Source of the DNA: Chrysochromulina tobinii
Taxonomy: Eukaryota
Assembly: GCA_001275005.1 (NCBI GenBank)
Contig: JWZX01001686.1
Coordinates: 1-35,709, forward strand
Direction of reading: 5' to 3'
DNA length: 35,709 bases
Shown here: one piece after another, positions 9,794-19,738 of the stretch
Numbering within the stretch: position 1 is the first letter of the stretch
How the letters are laid out: each line of letters opens with the position of its first letter
The notes under the pieces: model-generated
The model's input: only the letters and a program-made list of their open reading frames with translations
Database searches by the model: none
Told to the model about the DNA's origin: nothing
Made by a program: the position numbers and the translations under genes

Positions 9794-10175
9794 GTGTTTA
9801 CGCGGTCGGAGGTGCGTATACGCAGAAACTTGTGTATACGCGAGGGGGTACGTATACGCACCCGCTGTGTATACGTACTACCGCTCGCGTATACGCACCT
9901 ACCTGCGTATATGCACCCGGGTGCGTGTACGCACCCGCTGCGTAAATGCACCCAGCGCTCGCGTATACACACCCACCCGCGTATACGCACCGGGTGCGTG
10001 TACGCAGGTAGGTGCGTATACGCACCCAGCGCTCGCGTAAACGCACTATTTCGCGTATACGCACCCGGGTGCGTAAACACACCTCTTGCATATACGCACC
10101 CAGCGTTCGCGTAAACGCGCTTTCTCGCGTATACACACCTGGGTGCGCATTCACGCACCCCCTGCGTTTACGCAG
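9794..10175. repeat. Array of ~21 palindromic GCGTATACGC-like units with 74-bp higher-order period
   Basis: Cores at 9814, 9832, 9850, 9867, 9887, 9905, 9923, 9940, 9961, 9979, 9996, 10014, 10035, 10053, 10071, 10088, 10109, 10127, 10145, 10164, plus a degenerate one at 9794. Confidence 0.9.
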
Positions 10176-10405
10176 GGACGCGACGAACGTCATGCTTGTT
10201 CTCACGCGTTTGGTTGGAGTGTGATGTGTCGACGGCCTTCCTGAAACTCTTCAGTCAATGCAGATCCTAGCCGGCCGCGAGTCCCCCCGATGTTTTTGAG
10301 GGGCAAGGAACGCAAGTTTTGAAACGCTTTCTCGCGCCACGTGGATTGCGCCCCATTACGTTTGTGCGTCCCGATTCGAGCCCTGGCACAAAAGCGCGCA
10401 ACCAC

Positions 10406-11976
10406 ATGCAACTACGTCGCGACGAGGCTGAGCCGAGGGTGACCACGGTGATCTGGGTCGGCGGCACCTCGGCTCTGGCGCGCACCTACTTCGACGAGGT
10501 TCACCCGACCGTCCGCGATCGCTTGCACATTGTGGTCGCCGCACCGGCGCTGCCGTCGTGGACTCTGCCCAAAGTTGGCGTGAGCTTCGTGGCACTCGAC
10601 CTCCTTGACGTGAAGAGCGTCGACTCGTTTTTCTCGCGGCCGGAGCTACTCGACACATATCGCACGGGGCCGAGCGTCATGATCATCGGCGTGCGCCTTT
10701 CCCTCGTGTGGGCCGGCTCTCGCCAGAGCACGCTGGCGGCCCACCTGGGGCGCCTGATCTCGCGTGCAGCCGTTGCGGGCTGCCTGGGCGTGGTGCACAT
10801 CTCGTCGGTGGCCGTCGCCGACCACGTGGTCTCGCAACACAATGTCAGCGAGTCCGCACCGCTCCCCGCCCTCGACGCCTATCATAGCGACTATGATCGC
10901 TTCAAGAGGCTGAGTGAGGTGATCGTAGATGACGAGTGTACGAAAGCCAACGAGAGGGCCGCGCTGAGCGGGGAGACGCGAATGATGGTGTGGACGCACC
11001 TTCGCATCTCGGGCATCTTCTCCAATGACCCCGCGTGCATCCAGTGCACGGCGGTGCGCAACCAGGCCTACATCTCAGCTTACTCGAGCACGTGCATCGA
11101 TTTCAACTCCTCAGCCAACGTCTCCCACGCCATCACGCTTCTCGTCGAGCGGATCGTGAGAGTGGTCACGGCTCTTCCGGCCAGCGCGGACCCGAGCGTG
11201 CCCGTCGAGTGTGCAGCCAATCTGGATGGTCGTCGGGTGCAGCGTGTCTACTACTACACGCGCGCCACGACGGCGCCTGTGCCCTACGGCGCCCTCGTGG
11301 CCGACTACCGGTGATTACAATATGCTCTGCTGATGGCGCCTGATGGCGCCTGATGGCGTCTGATGACCTCTGATGACCTCTGATGGCCTCGGATGGCCTC
11401 TCTTATGACCTCGGATGGCCTCTCTTATGACCTCTGATGGCCTCTGAGTTCAGGTCTGCTCACGGCATCCAGTACGGCGTGTGGTTGCCCGAGATCCTCT
11501 ACCTCGGCTTTGTGCGCTGCGTACAAGCTCTGTGCGCGCTCTGCCGCTGGCTCGCCCTCGCGCGGTCGGTGGCGTACCTCCTCGCAGTCTCAGTAAGTGC
11601 CTCTGATGATACCTCTGATGATGCCTCTGACTGCCTCTGATGACCTCTGATGACCTCTGATGACCTCTGATGACCCCTGATAGCCTCTGATGACCCCTGA
11701 TAGCCTCTGATGACCTCTGATGACCGCTGATGACCGCTGATGACCTCTGATGTCCCCTGACTGCCTCTGATGGCCTCGGATTGCACACGTGGACAACTAC
11801 AGGTCGCGGATCACACGTTCGACTGCTCACGCTTCCGCGAGGACTTCCCCGAGATGCAAGCACGCGAGGAGTCCATCCGCGAGTGCTTCGTGCGCATCCG
11901 ACAACGGCAGGAGGAGGCGCTGGCGCTGTCGCGGGCGGATGCACTAAGCCGATCGGACACGGCCAAGTTGGGCTGA
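10406..11976 (+). CDS. NAD-dependent epimerase/dehydratase-like (atypical extended SDR), 3 exons, ~405 aa
   Basis: Exons 10406-11310, 11454-11592, 11803-11976. Degenerate Rossmann VIWVGGTSALA, VVHISSVAV, catalytic YDRFK (YxxxK), C-terminal HTFDCSRFREDF. Confidence 0.8.
11328..11780 (+). repeat. Intronic decamer arrays (CTGATGACCT/CTGATGGCCT)n in two introns
   Basis: Arrays at 11328-11447 and 11600-11780, separated by exon 2. Confidence 0.9.
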
Positions 11977-12040
11977 CGTGCCCAAGTCGGCGCTGGCGCT
12001 GTCGCGGGCGGATGCACTAAGCCGATTGGACGCGGACCTC

Positions 12041-12241
12041 AAGTGACTGGATGCCACGGCCGTCTCCTTCGAGTTTCGTTAAGTGACTGGATGCCACGGC
12101 CGTCCCTTCGAGTTTCGTTAAGTGACTGGATGCCACGGCCGTCCCTTCGAGTTTCGTTAAGTGACTGGATGCCGCGGCCGTCCCTTCGAGTTTCGTTAAG
12201 TGACTGGATGCCACGGCCGGCGCGTCCCTTCGAGTTTCGTT
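12041..12241. repeat. 39-bp minisatellite x5 between convergent genes
   Basis: Unit AAGTGACTGGATGCCACGGCCGTCCCTTCGAGTTTCGTT starting at 12041, 12081, 12120, 12159 and 12198, head to tail with no spacers. Confidence 0.95.
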
Positions 12242-12531
12242 CTTGAGCGTCGCCTCTCGGGTGCTGCTGTATACCGGTTCTACTCACTCCTCTCTATCGC
12301 GCAAAAGCACAACTGGGCACCCGAGCGACGACCGACGTCGCGCGGACTCCCGATGGCGGACTCGTGCGCGCCCGGCCACGCTCGTCCCCGATGACCCGAC
12401 CGATCCTCGATCATCGCTGTGGTGCGTTTTGCCGCCAGGCGACTGTGTCACACTTAACTAACACTTAACGTAATTAGATACTACGCACTAGGTATCGAAG
12501 GCCCGCGAAGGAGACACCGTTAGTCTGGCAC

Positions 12532-13470
12532 TCATCGAGATGCGGCGCGCACACGGAGGGACGCACGGCTGTGTGTCGCACGAGGCTCCCGTTGATGGCC
12601 GCCGCAGTAGTGCGCCAGGAAGCTGTGCACGTGCGTCCTGGCCAGGACCGAATGGTGGATGTAATCGTCATACAGGGAGCAGCGCTCTAGGTTCCAAGCC
12701 CATGTGTCGACGATGTGCAAGTCGTGATTGCATGCAAGTGGCGTGTCTGCAGAAGTGCATAGGGCTCCCAGTAGGAGCTTGTTCGACTCGAGAAGCTGCG
12801 CATTCTTCGAAGCCGTCTCGTTGCACTTCCCGTACGCTGGCCTCGCTGAGTTTTCGTTGCACTTTTCTGGGCAAAGTGGCGTGCTGGTGCGCCAGTACAG
12901 GGTCGGTGTCGGCTGCTGCTCGGTACGGAGGCCCTTGAGCATCCGGGCAAGAGCAGGAGCTTCGCGCTCCTGGGTTGACAACCAGGTCGGAGCACGAGCC
13001 GGGTCGAGGATATCATCTGAGCCCGCTTGCAGGACAGCGACGTGGGGCGAGAGCGTGCTCCAATCTCGTTGCATCGCAGATGCATTCACGCGCCGTTCAA
13101 AGCCAAAGGTGATGGAAGTGTTCTTCCCGCTACGGAAGCGGCATGCGAGCATGTCATCTGGTCGGCCGAACGTTCCCTTGCCGCAAATACGCTTCTCTGT
13201 CTCGCGATCGGCAGCGGGACGGGTTTTCATCAAGCAAGCCGCGCCTGCCAAGCCATCATGGTCTTTGTGCACCCATGAATGTTCACCACAGTATGGGCTC
13301 AGCTGAACGAGGGTGCGATTGTCGAGAAGGTCTGCCAGAACAAATGCCCAATGGCGCGCAACAGAGTTCCCTCCGATGAAGACCCTCTGCCCTGCCAGAC
13401 ACTCGACAATCGCCGAATTTGTTATCGGTGGGGCTCCCAAATCGACAAATGTGGGCGCACCACGTTGCAT
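12532..13470 (-). CDS. SGNH / PC-esterase (TBL-like) acyl-esterase or acyltransferase domain protein
   Basis: ECLAGQRVFIGGNSVARH (GxS block I), LYWRTSTP and DDYIHH (DxxH) in the expected order. First in-frame ATG is 13470; the 5' end is uncertain. Confidence 0.65.
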   Translation of the reverse strand: MQRGAPTFVDLGAPPITNSAIVECLAGQRVFIGGNSVARHWAFVLADLLDNRTLVQLSPYCGEHSWVHKDHDGLAGAACLMKTRPAADRETEKRICGKGTFGRPDDMLACRFRSGKNTSITFGFERRVNASAMQRDWSTLSPHVAVLQAGSDDILDPARAPTWLSTQEREAPALARMLKGLRTEQQPTPTLYWRTSTPLCPEKCNENSARPAYGKCNETASKNAQLLESNKLLLGALCTSADTPLACNHDLHIVDTWAWNLERCSLYDDYIHHSVLARTHVHSFLAHYCGGHQREPRATHSRASLRVRAASR

Positions 13471-13592
13471 GAGAAATGATCTGTTCTGCTGTTTCAAGAC
13501 ATCACACTTGACTTCGAGTCTTGACGAAAGCTGAGCTGTTCAACACGACGCGCTTGTTAGCACACCGGGTGCAGAAAGTTGGCGCCCCAGAA

Positions 13593-13623
13593 CGGTTCAA
13601 AAACACCGGGGGAGCCGGGACAC
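13593..13623 (-). promoter_or_regulatory. Conserved ~31-bp intergenic motif, copy 2 (reverse orientation)
   Basis: Reverse complement reads GTGTCCCGGCTCCCCCGGTGTTTTTGAACCG; lies between divergent genes. Confidence 0.55.
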
Positions 13624-13981
13624 CAAGCTCGCAATACGCGGGCGAAGGGGCGATTCTGCATTCTCCGCCCCTGAGCCCTGTTCTCCGCTTCACATCGACT
13701 CACGCGGATCACCGCACAGCGAACCTCACAGCCCGATGCCCACAACCCACCCGACCCACCAACGCACACGCAGGTGGCAGGACCACGCCACGACCCCGGA
13801 GCCGACTGAACCCGCGGCCGAAGAAGAGGCCGCCCGCTGTGAACCCGACCCTGTTTTACCGTCCCCGTGGCCGTTTGTATGTCCCCTGTCCGCGCGTGCA
13901 ATTCGATTGCACACGAATGCTCAAAATTTGCATTTTTGCCCATGCGGGCAAATTTTTTGCACTCGTTCAATCCGCGGGCCC

Positions 13982-16805
13982 ATGTCGAGCCGCACGACTT
14001 TTGACATTCCAGCTTTCGACCTCGACGGGAAGAAGCACAATGCGCGACTTGCCTACACGATCGCGAAGCACGGCGTGGTCAGGTGGGCCCATACACACGG
14101 CAATGCGCAGCGCCAAGAGTTGCTCGCCCGAGCCAATCCGTTCCTAGAGGAGGCGCCGGTGTCGTACCTCCGATGGCTGGAGGACAACGAGCGCGAGTAC
14201 TTCAAAAAGATTTTGTGCGCTAGCTTTGGCAACGGCAAGATGCAAACAGTGTTCAGGGCGCATCTTACTGAGCACCTTGCAGACAAGCGCGAGCTGGTGC
14301 AACCCGCTGTGCCGCCCAACATCTTCGACGATGTCGAGCTGCCGGCCGAGGAGGTCGGGGCGGGCGCGGACGGCGCGGCCGCTGTTGAGGGCGTGCCAAA
14401 AATTGCCAGCCGTGTGCAAGAGTGCAAATCTCTGTCGAGCCGCACGACTTTTGACATTCCAGCTTTCGACCTCGACGGGAAGAAGCACAATGCCCGACTT
14501 GCCTACACGATCGCGAAGCACGGCGTGGTCAGGTGGGCCCATACACACGGCAATGCGCAGCGCCAAGAGATGCTAGCCAAAGCCAATCCGTTCCTAGAGG
14601 AGGCGCCGGTGTCGTACCTCCAATGGCTGGAGGACAACGAGCGCCTCGACGAGCGCGAGTACTTCAAAAAGATCTTGTGCGCTAGCTTTGGCAACGGCAA
14701 GATGCAAACAGTGTTCAGGGCGCATCTTACTGAGCACCTTGCAGACAAGCGCGAGCTGGTGCAACCCGCTGTGCCGCCCAACATCTTCGACGACGTCGAG
14801 CTGCCGGCCGAGGAGGTCGGGGCGGGCGAGGCCGCTGCTGAGGGCGTGACGCCGCCCACCCCGGTGCCGTCCGCGCCGTCGTCCCACCTCTCGCCCGGCA
14901 CCGTGGAGCGTGTCGCCGATGCCATGGTCCAAGGCATGGTGGCACGCATCACGCCGCTCCACGAGCGCACGCACTCGGCCGTCCGCGACACGCACTCGGC
15001 CGTCCTCCAGGGGACCGCCGAGGTCAAGTCGGAAGTCAAGAACAGCGCCGCCGAGGTGAAGGCCGAAGTCAAGGCCGGCGCCACCGAGGTGAAGGCGCTC
15101 ATTTTGCACAGCCAGGAGAAGGCGGTCAAGGGCTTCGCCGCTCTGGCAATGCAAAATGCGCAGTCGCTTGCGCAGATGATGCAGGCGCTCGGCCTGGTCA
15201 CAGAGCACGTGACCGAGGCCGTGACCGAGGCCGCAAAGGCCGCCGTCGAGGCCACCGAGCGCGTGGGCGCCGTGGCTGAGAAGACGCTGACCGAGGCGTC
15301 GGGCGCACGCGCCGCCGCCGTCGGTGCTGAGGCAGCGGCGACCGAGGGCCTCTGCGTCACGCGGGAGGTGCTGGCGATCGTCAAGGAGATGGAGACTCGT
15401 CTGGATGCGCTCGCGTTCGAAAAGGACAAGAAGGAGGCGATCGTGGGGCTGCTCGTGAACGCCCCCGTGGCGCGAGAGCTCTCGGGCTGCAATAAGATCA
15501 TCGGCACGTGCGTCGATCTCATCCAAGGCCTGCCCTCTGTCGAGGAGAGCAGGGCGGCGGATGCCGAGGAGGCGCTCCGGGCGGAAGCGGCCGCCAAGGC
15601 CGAGGCTGAGGCGGCGGCTGCGGCCAAGCGCACTGCCAGCCTCCGCGGAGGCTCCGCGGGCCTCGCGCGTGCGCCGCCCAACGCGTCGAACACCCCAAAG
15701 ATTGTCAGCAAGAAGCCCAAGGCGGCGCCGGCGTCTGGCCGTGGCGGCACGAAGGCGGCGCTGACGGTGGCAGTAGAGACGATCGCCGCCCCCGAGTCCG
15801 ACTTCCTCAACGCCTCGGACAAGCAGGTGGCGCTGCGCGAGCTCATCACTTTGCTGCCGATGGTGCCCAACGAGAATCTCCTCGAGCTGCTCGCGCCCAA
15901 GGGCTACGTGACGCTAGCCCTCGTGTGCGCCCTCTCCTACAAAAAGTCGGCCGTCGTCACCACCGCCGCCGAGGTGCGTGCTCACGCGCCATCCCGCTGC
16001 ACGCGCGCGCCGCTCCACGCGCCGCCCGCTCTCGTCCGCTCAACTCGCTATGCCATGGCTGCAGGTCCTCGAGAAGCTGCTCGGCCTGCTGGAGTGCAAG
16101 CAGGCGGCGCAGCTGCTCGTCCAGGGCACGATCCGCACCGTGCTGCAGCAGTGCATGCGCGCCAAGGACGTCGCCGTGTGGCGCGCCTGCGGGCTGCTCG
16201 CGCCCTCGATGATGGCCAAGGCGCCTTCCTTCCCGGCGCTCGACATCGCCCTCGATGCGACCAGGCATGATCCGAAGGACCCTGTGGCGAAGCATCCGGG
16301 CTGCCGTGAGGCGGCGGGCATGGCGCTGTGCGCCGTGCTCCGAGTCGGCCCAAAGCTCGACTTCTACAAACAGGCATGCCCACCCTCACCCTCGCCCGCC
16401 CTCTCTGCCCTCTCCGCCTTACTCTCCGCCTCCAGCGCTGCTGCTGCTCTCTCGCCACCCAGCTGACCGCGCACGCATTCACTGGCACGCTTCCCATCAC
16501 AGCTCATCCACCAGTCAAATTTGGACGCCATCGTGAGCGCGATCGCGCGTCTCGCCGACTCGCCGGGCAAGCCGGCCACGTCGCATGCCAACACGCCCGA
16601 CGTGCGCCTTCAGGGCGTCGAATGCTGCGTGGCACTGCATACCTTCAGCCCGCAGGGCGCTAAGTCCGTGATCATGTGCCTCGCCCACAATGGCGCCATA
16701 TGCGACCGCCTGAAGGAGGCGCTCGCCATCATCGACAAGGTGACGGTGGACAAGATGCCTCTGCGCAATCAGCTCCTGAAGCAGCTGGGACCTGACGCAG
16801 CATGA
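13982..16805 (+). CDS. Paralogue of the 86..2521 gene with the N-terminal domain duplicated, coiled coil and divergent HEAT/TOG-like C-terminus (3 exons, ~863 aa)
   Basis: Exons 13982-15973, 16065-16373, 16515-16805; intron 1 is GT-AG and intron 2 is GC-AG. Splicing joins ORFs 13736, 15978 and 16521 in frame. It ends ALAIIDKVTVDKMPLRNQLLKQLGPDAA, like the paralogue. Confidence 0.78.
13983..14845 (+). repeat. 450-bp in-frame tandem duplication of the N-terminal domain
   Basis: TGTCGAGCCGCACGACTTTTGACATTCC starts at 13983 and 14433. The copies are nearly identical; the second has a 9-bp insertion (ERLDERE). Confidence 0.97.
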
Positions 16806-17088
16806 ATGTGTGGAAATGGGGAGCAATGGTCGCCCGCCTCCTCGCGGCGCACCTCGGGCAATGCCGGTCATCCCACCGACTCACTATCCACTGAACAAGG
16901 TGCGCGGTGCGTGGAGCGCGCGGTTGCGGCGGCGGCTGATGTGCGCGGCGAAACACCTACGAACAGTGATAACAGAACTTTCACCACAGAGCGGCGGGGT
17001 CCGGTAGCAAAGAGGCGACCAGGACCACACGTGTGTGTCTCAAATGCGCATGCTGTCGTGTATGAGCAGTCGAGACGTGTGACACGTG
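16719..17088 (+). repeat. Dispersed duplication copy 2 (pairs with 2435..2797)
   Basis: Same near-identical tracts as 2435..2797. Confidence 0.95.
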
Positions 17089-17472
17089 ATCAACAGGATT
17101 GGATTTGGGATTGGGTCGACTGGCAGCGCGCCACAGCCGCCTCGAACGCTGAACGCTCAACGCAGGCCGCCGCGCGGTCGGTGACTCCGAGTGGGCCTTT
17201 GTGGGCCTATCCGTCCGTAACCGTATCTGGAACATGATCTGGAAACTGGAAGATCTGCGGCTTTGTGAGATGGCCCGCGGCGCCCTGTACTTTTACTTAA
17301 TACAGCTGTGAGCTGACCGGGAAGAACCTAGGTTCCTAGCGGCTAGCGGCTGACGGTTCCGCGCCCGAACCGCGAATGGCGGCGCCGACGGCCGATTCGG
17401 CCCGCGGCCGCGCTTAAGGCCGCGCGACATCCGCGAATGAATATGTTCTGATATGTAGGAGCATGATCACCC

Positions 17473-17797
17473 AATCGGTGGGGTCAACTGCTTCCCCCTC
17501 GCGGAGAAAAACGAACGGCTCGGCACTCAATTCGTCTGATACGTATTTCGTTTCGGAACGACGTAGTGTTTAGTAGTTTAGTAGGAGGTGACGCGGTACG
17601 ATATGTGCCCGAAGAACCGCAAGTTTTTCGAGGTTGCCAGCTGCCGCACTGATGATCGGTGGGGTCAACTGGCGAAGGTAACGGCTCGACGCGATCGTTT
17701 CGTATTTCGCCCCATAACCAGAACAAATCCCCACAATCCTCTCCCGCACGCTGTGACACGGATGACCCGAACGAAGGCCGCAAGTTTTTCGAGGTCG
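17473..17797 (+). repeat. Degenerate ~160-180-bp direct repeat upstream of the second ion channel gene
   Basis: Ordered blocks ATCGGTGGGGTCAACTG, AACGGCTCG, CGTATTTCG and CCGCAAGTTTTTCGAGGT each occur twice (17473-17635 and 17654-17795). Confidence 0.8.
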
Positions 17798-17802
17798 GAG
17801 CA

Positions 17803-19428
17803 ATGCATCGCGCCGCGACGTCGCCAGCGCGCGAGAGCCCGGCGACGAGATACTCTCTCGACCCCAGGTACCTGAAACAGGTGCAGGCCGCACACGGTGA
17901 GCCTGAGGCACAGCCTGCGGCACAGCCTGCGGCACAAATGCCTTGGCTGGCCGACAACGTCGCTACGGGGCTCACAGGGGCACCCGTTGCTCCTGTGGTC
18001 GTCGCTCAGCGCAGCGCGACGTCGCCAGCGCTGCAGCGCATCCATTCCACCACATCCAGTGCCGGGTCCCAAGAGCCGGCGCCGTCGAGTCGCAACCCTT
18101 CCGTCCCCGGGTCCCGAGAGCCCCCGGACGATCTTTTGTGGGATATGATGATGCAACGTCAGCGGGAGCCGTGCTACGTGGCCTGCCGGCTGTGGGGCGT
18201 GAACGAGATCGACTTCAAGAGAATGCGGGCGGTTATGGTGTTTCGCGTCCACCTCATCTTTCGGCCGCGCAAGGAGGCCCTGCAGTTCTTGCCACCAAAA
18301 GGCAAACGCGTCAACTCGGAAGAGGAAGCGTGGAAAGAGCTCGAGAAGATCGAGGCGCTCCCGACCTTGAGCGTCCTCAACGGCAAACCGGTTTTCACAA
18401 GCAAGCAGGAGTTCTTCCGGATGTTCGACGCCAAAAGCGTCTACGACGACACTAACGAAGTGGAGATCTGGTTCCCGCCTCTGCAGCCCAATGATGAGCG
18501 CGAGGGAACCATCGCCGTCCTGACGGGCCAGATGGAGGTGACGGACGTTCAGCTCGACTTCAACTTCGAAGAGTTCCCCTTCGACGCACACGAGCTCTGT
18601 GTCAAGCTCTTCCTTCCCAAGAAGCACAAGGACAAGATGTACGAGCTCCATTGCGACCCCAACATGCGTGTGAAGTCGGAGAGCATCAAGGCCAAGGAGG
18701 AGGGCGGCCAAGGCATCCTCGAGGTAAAGCCAGACGTTAAGAAAAGCCTCTTCGAGTGGGAGATTATCCCGGAGAACACCGAGCTAGTCAGGAACGAGAA
18801 TGCTACGGGCGAGCAGTCGGGTGTTACGATGCGCATTGGCATCCGTCGCATTCCGCAGTATTACGTGACCAAGTTCCTTATCCGTCCGGGCGTGATCGCC
18901 GCGCTTGCGTGCGTGTCGACGTTCATCCTGTCCGACAATATTGGCGATCGGCTCGCGCTCACGTTCACCATCCTTCTCACGCTTACCGGCATCAACTACA
19001 CGTCCTCGGACTCGCTGCCCGCGCTGCCCTACTCGACGGCGCTCGACAAGTATCACGAGGCGTGCCACTACTTAGTGTACGGCGTCATCGCGCACAATGT
19101 AATCTTCTTCCTCTACGCCTTCCGGTGCTCTAAGTCATGCGCCGCCGAGCCCACCACCAACACCGCTGCGGGCACCGTCGATCCCACGATGGCGGCGTGT
19201 ATCGCAAGCGCGGATGCGCCATGCGCCGCGGCGGCGGAGGTCGCCGACGTCGCCGCGACCGTTGCCTCGAGGTGGTGCAGCATGTGCGGGTACAATATCG
19301 TTGTCGACTACTGGATCCTTCTCGACCTCGACGACTTCGTCATGTCTTTCATCTTCGCCTACTGGATCTACTGGAACGTCAAGTGGTTCGCCGCCCACAA
19401 CTTCAAGTGGTTCGGCACTCACAAGTGA
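17803..19428 (+). CDS. Cys-less (Pro-loop) pentameric ligand-gated ion channel subunit, copy 2
   Basis: FNFEEFPFDAHEL Pro-loop, RRIPQYYVTKFLIRP, GDRLALTFTILLTLT, SDSLPALPYSTALDKY; collinear with 6129..7622. First ATG in the ORF is 17803 (alternatives 17938 or ~18145). Confidence 0.87.
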   Translation: MHRAATSPARESPATRYSLDPRYLKQVQAAHGEPEAQPAAQPAAQMPWLADNVATGLTGAPVAPVVVAQRSATSPALQRIHSTTSSAGSQEPAPSSRNPSVPGSREPPDDLLWDMMMQRQREPCYVACRLWGVNEIDFKRMRAVMVFRVHLIFRPRKEALQFLPPKGKRVNSEEEAWKELEKIEALPTLSVLNGKPVFTSKQEFFRMFDAKSVYDDTNEVEIWFPPLQPNDEREGTIAVLTGQMEVTDVQLDFNFEEFPFDAHELCVKLFLPKKHKDKMYELHCDPNMRVKSESIKAKEEGGQGILEVKPDVKKSLFEWEIIPENTELVRNENATGEQSGVTMRIGIRRIPQYYVTKFLIRPGVIAALACVSTFILSDNIGDRLALTFTILLTLTGINYTSSDSLPALPYSTALDKYHEACHYLVYGVIAHNVIFFLYAFRCSKSCAAEPTTNTAAGTVDPTMAACIASADAPCAAAAEVADVAATVASRWCSMCGYNIVVDYWILLDLDDFVMSFIFAYWIYWNVKWFAAHNFKWFGTHK

Positions 19429-19738
19429 GCAGAATGGGCGGTCAACTCTCAAGTGCCCAAGTCGATACTGTGTGAGTGGGTATGCATGCGTGCGAACGAG
19501 CGTCTTCCTAAGGGCGGACCGTAACATAAACTGTCCGCCGAAAGTCTTAGGTGTTACATTTACAGTAGTACTCTTCAGTAGTTCACACAACCATGGATTT
19601 AACAGCGAATGTTTATAACTCGACACCCAAGACACCGGACCGGCGTACCACGTGTGCGGTTACAACTGGCTCGGGGTGCACCCTTATCACAGCCAATTCA
19701 CACGGTTTCAACTTTCAAGGGCGACCCAGGACACTTGG

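Noticed and set aside
9794..10175. CRISPR-like palindromic repeats and the overlapping ORFs 9744-10224
   Set aside because: Cores are only 10 bp with 7-11 bp related linkers; the ORFs are low-complexity translations of the array.
11450..11944. ORFs rich in IRGHQRSSE or MHSDALR (also 24706-25143, 26354-27026, 3405-3981)
   Set aside because: Antisense or repeat-derived readings of intronic arrays, open only because stops are confined to the sense strand or one frame.
12041..12241. Possible CRISPR array (39-bp repeats)
   Set aside because: Units are head to tail with no unique spacers, there are no cas genes and the context is eukaryotic.
14503..15900. Long antisense ORFs (also 1126-2004, 6465-7373, 17665-18711, 33551-34699)
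   Set aside because: Shadow ORFs of GC3-rich genes on the opposite strand, with no recognisable motifs.
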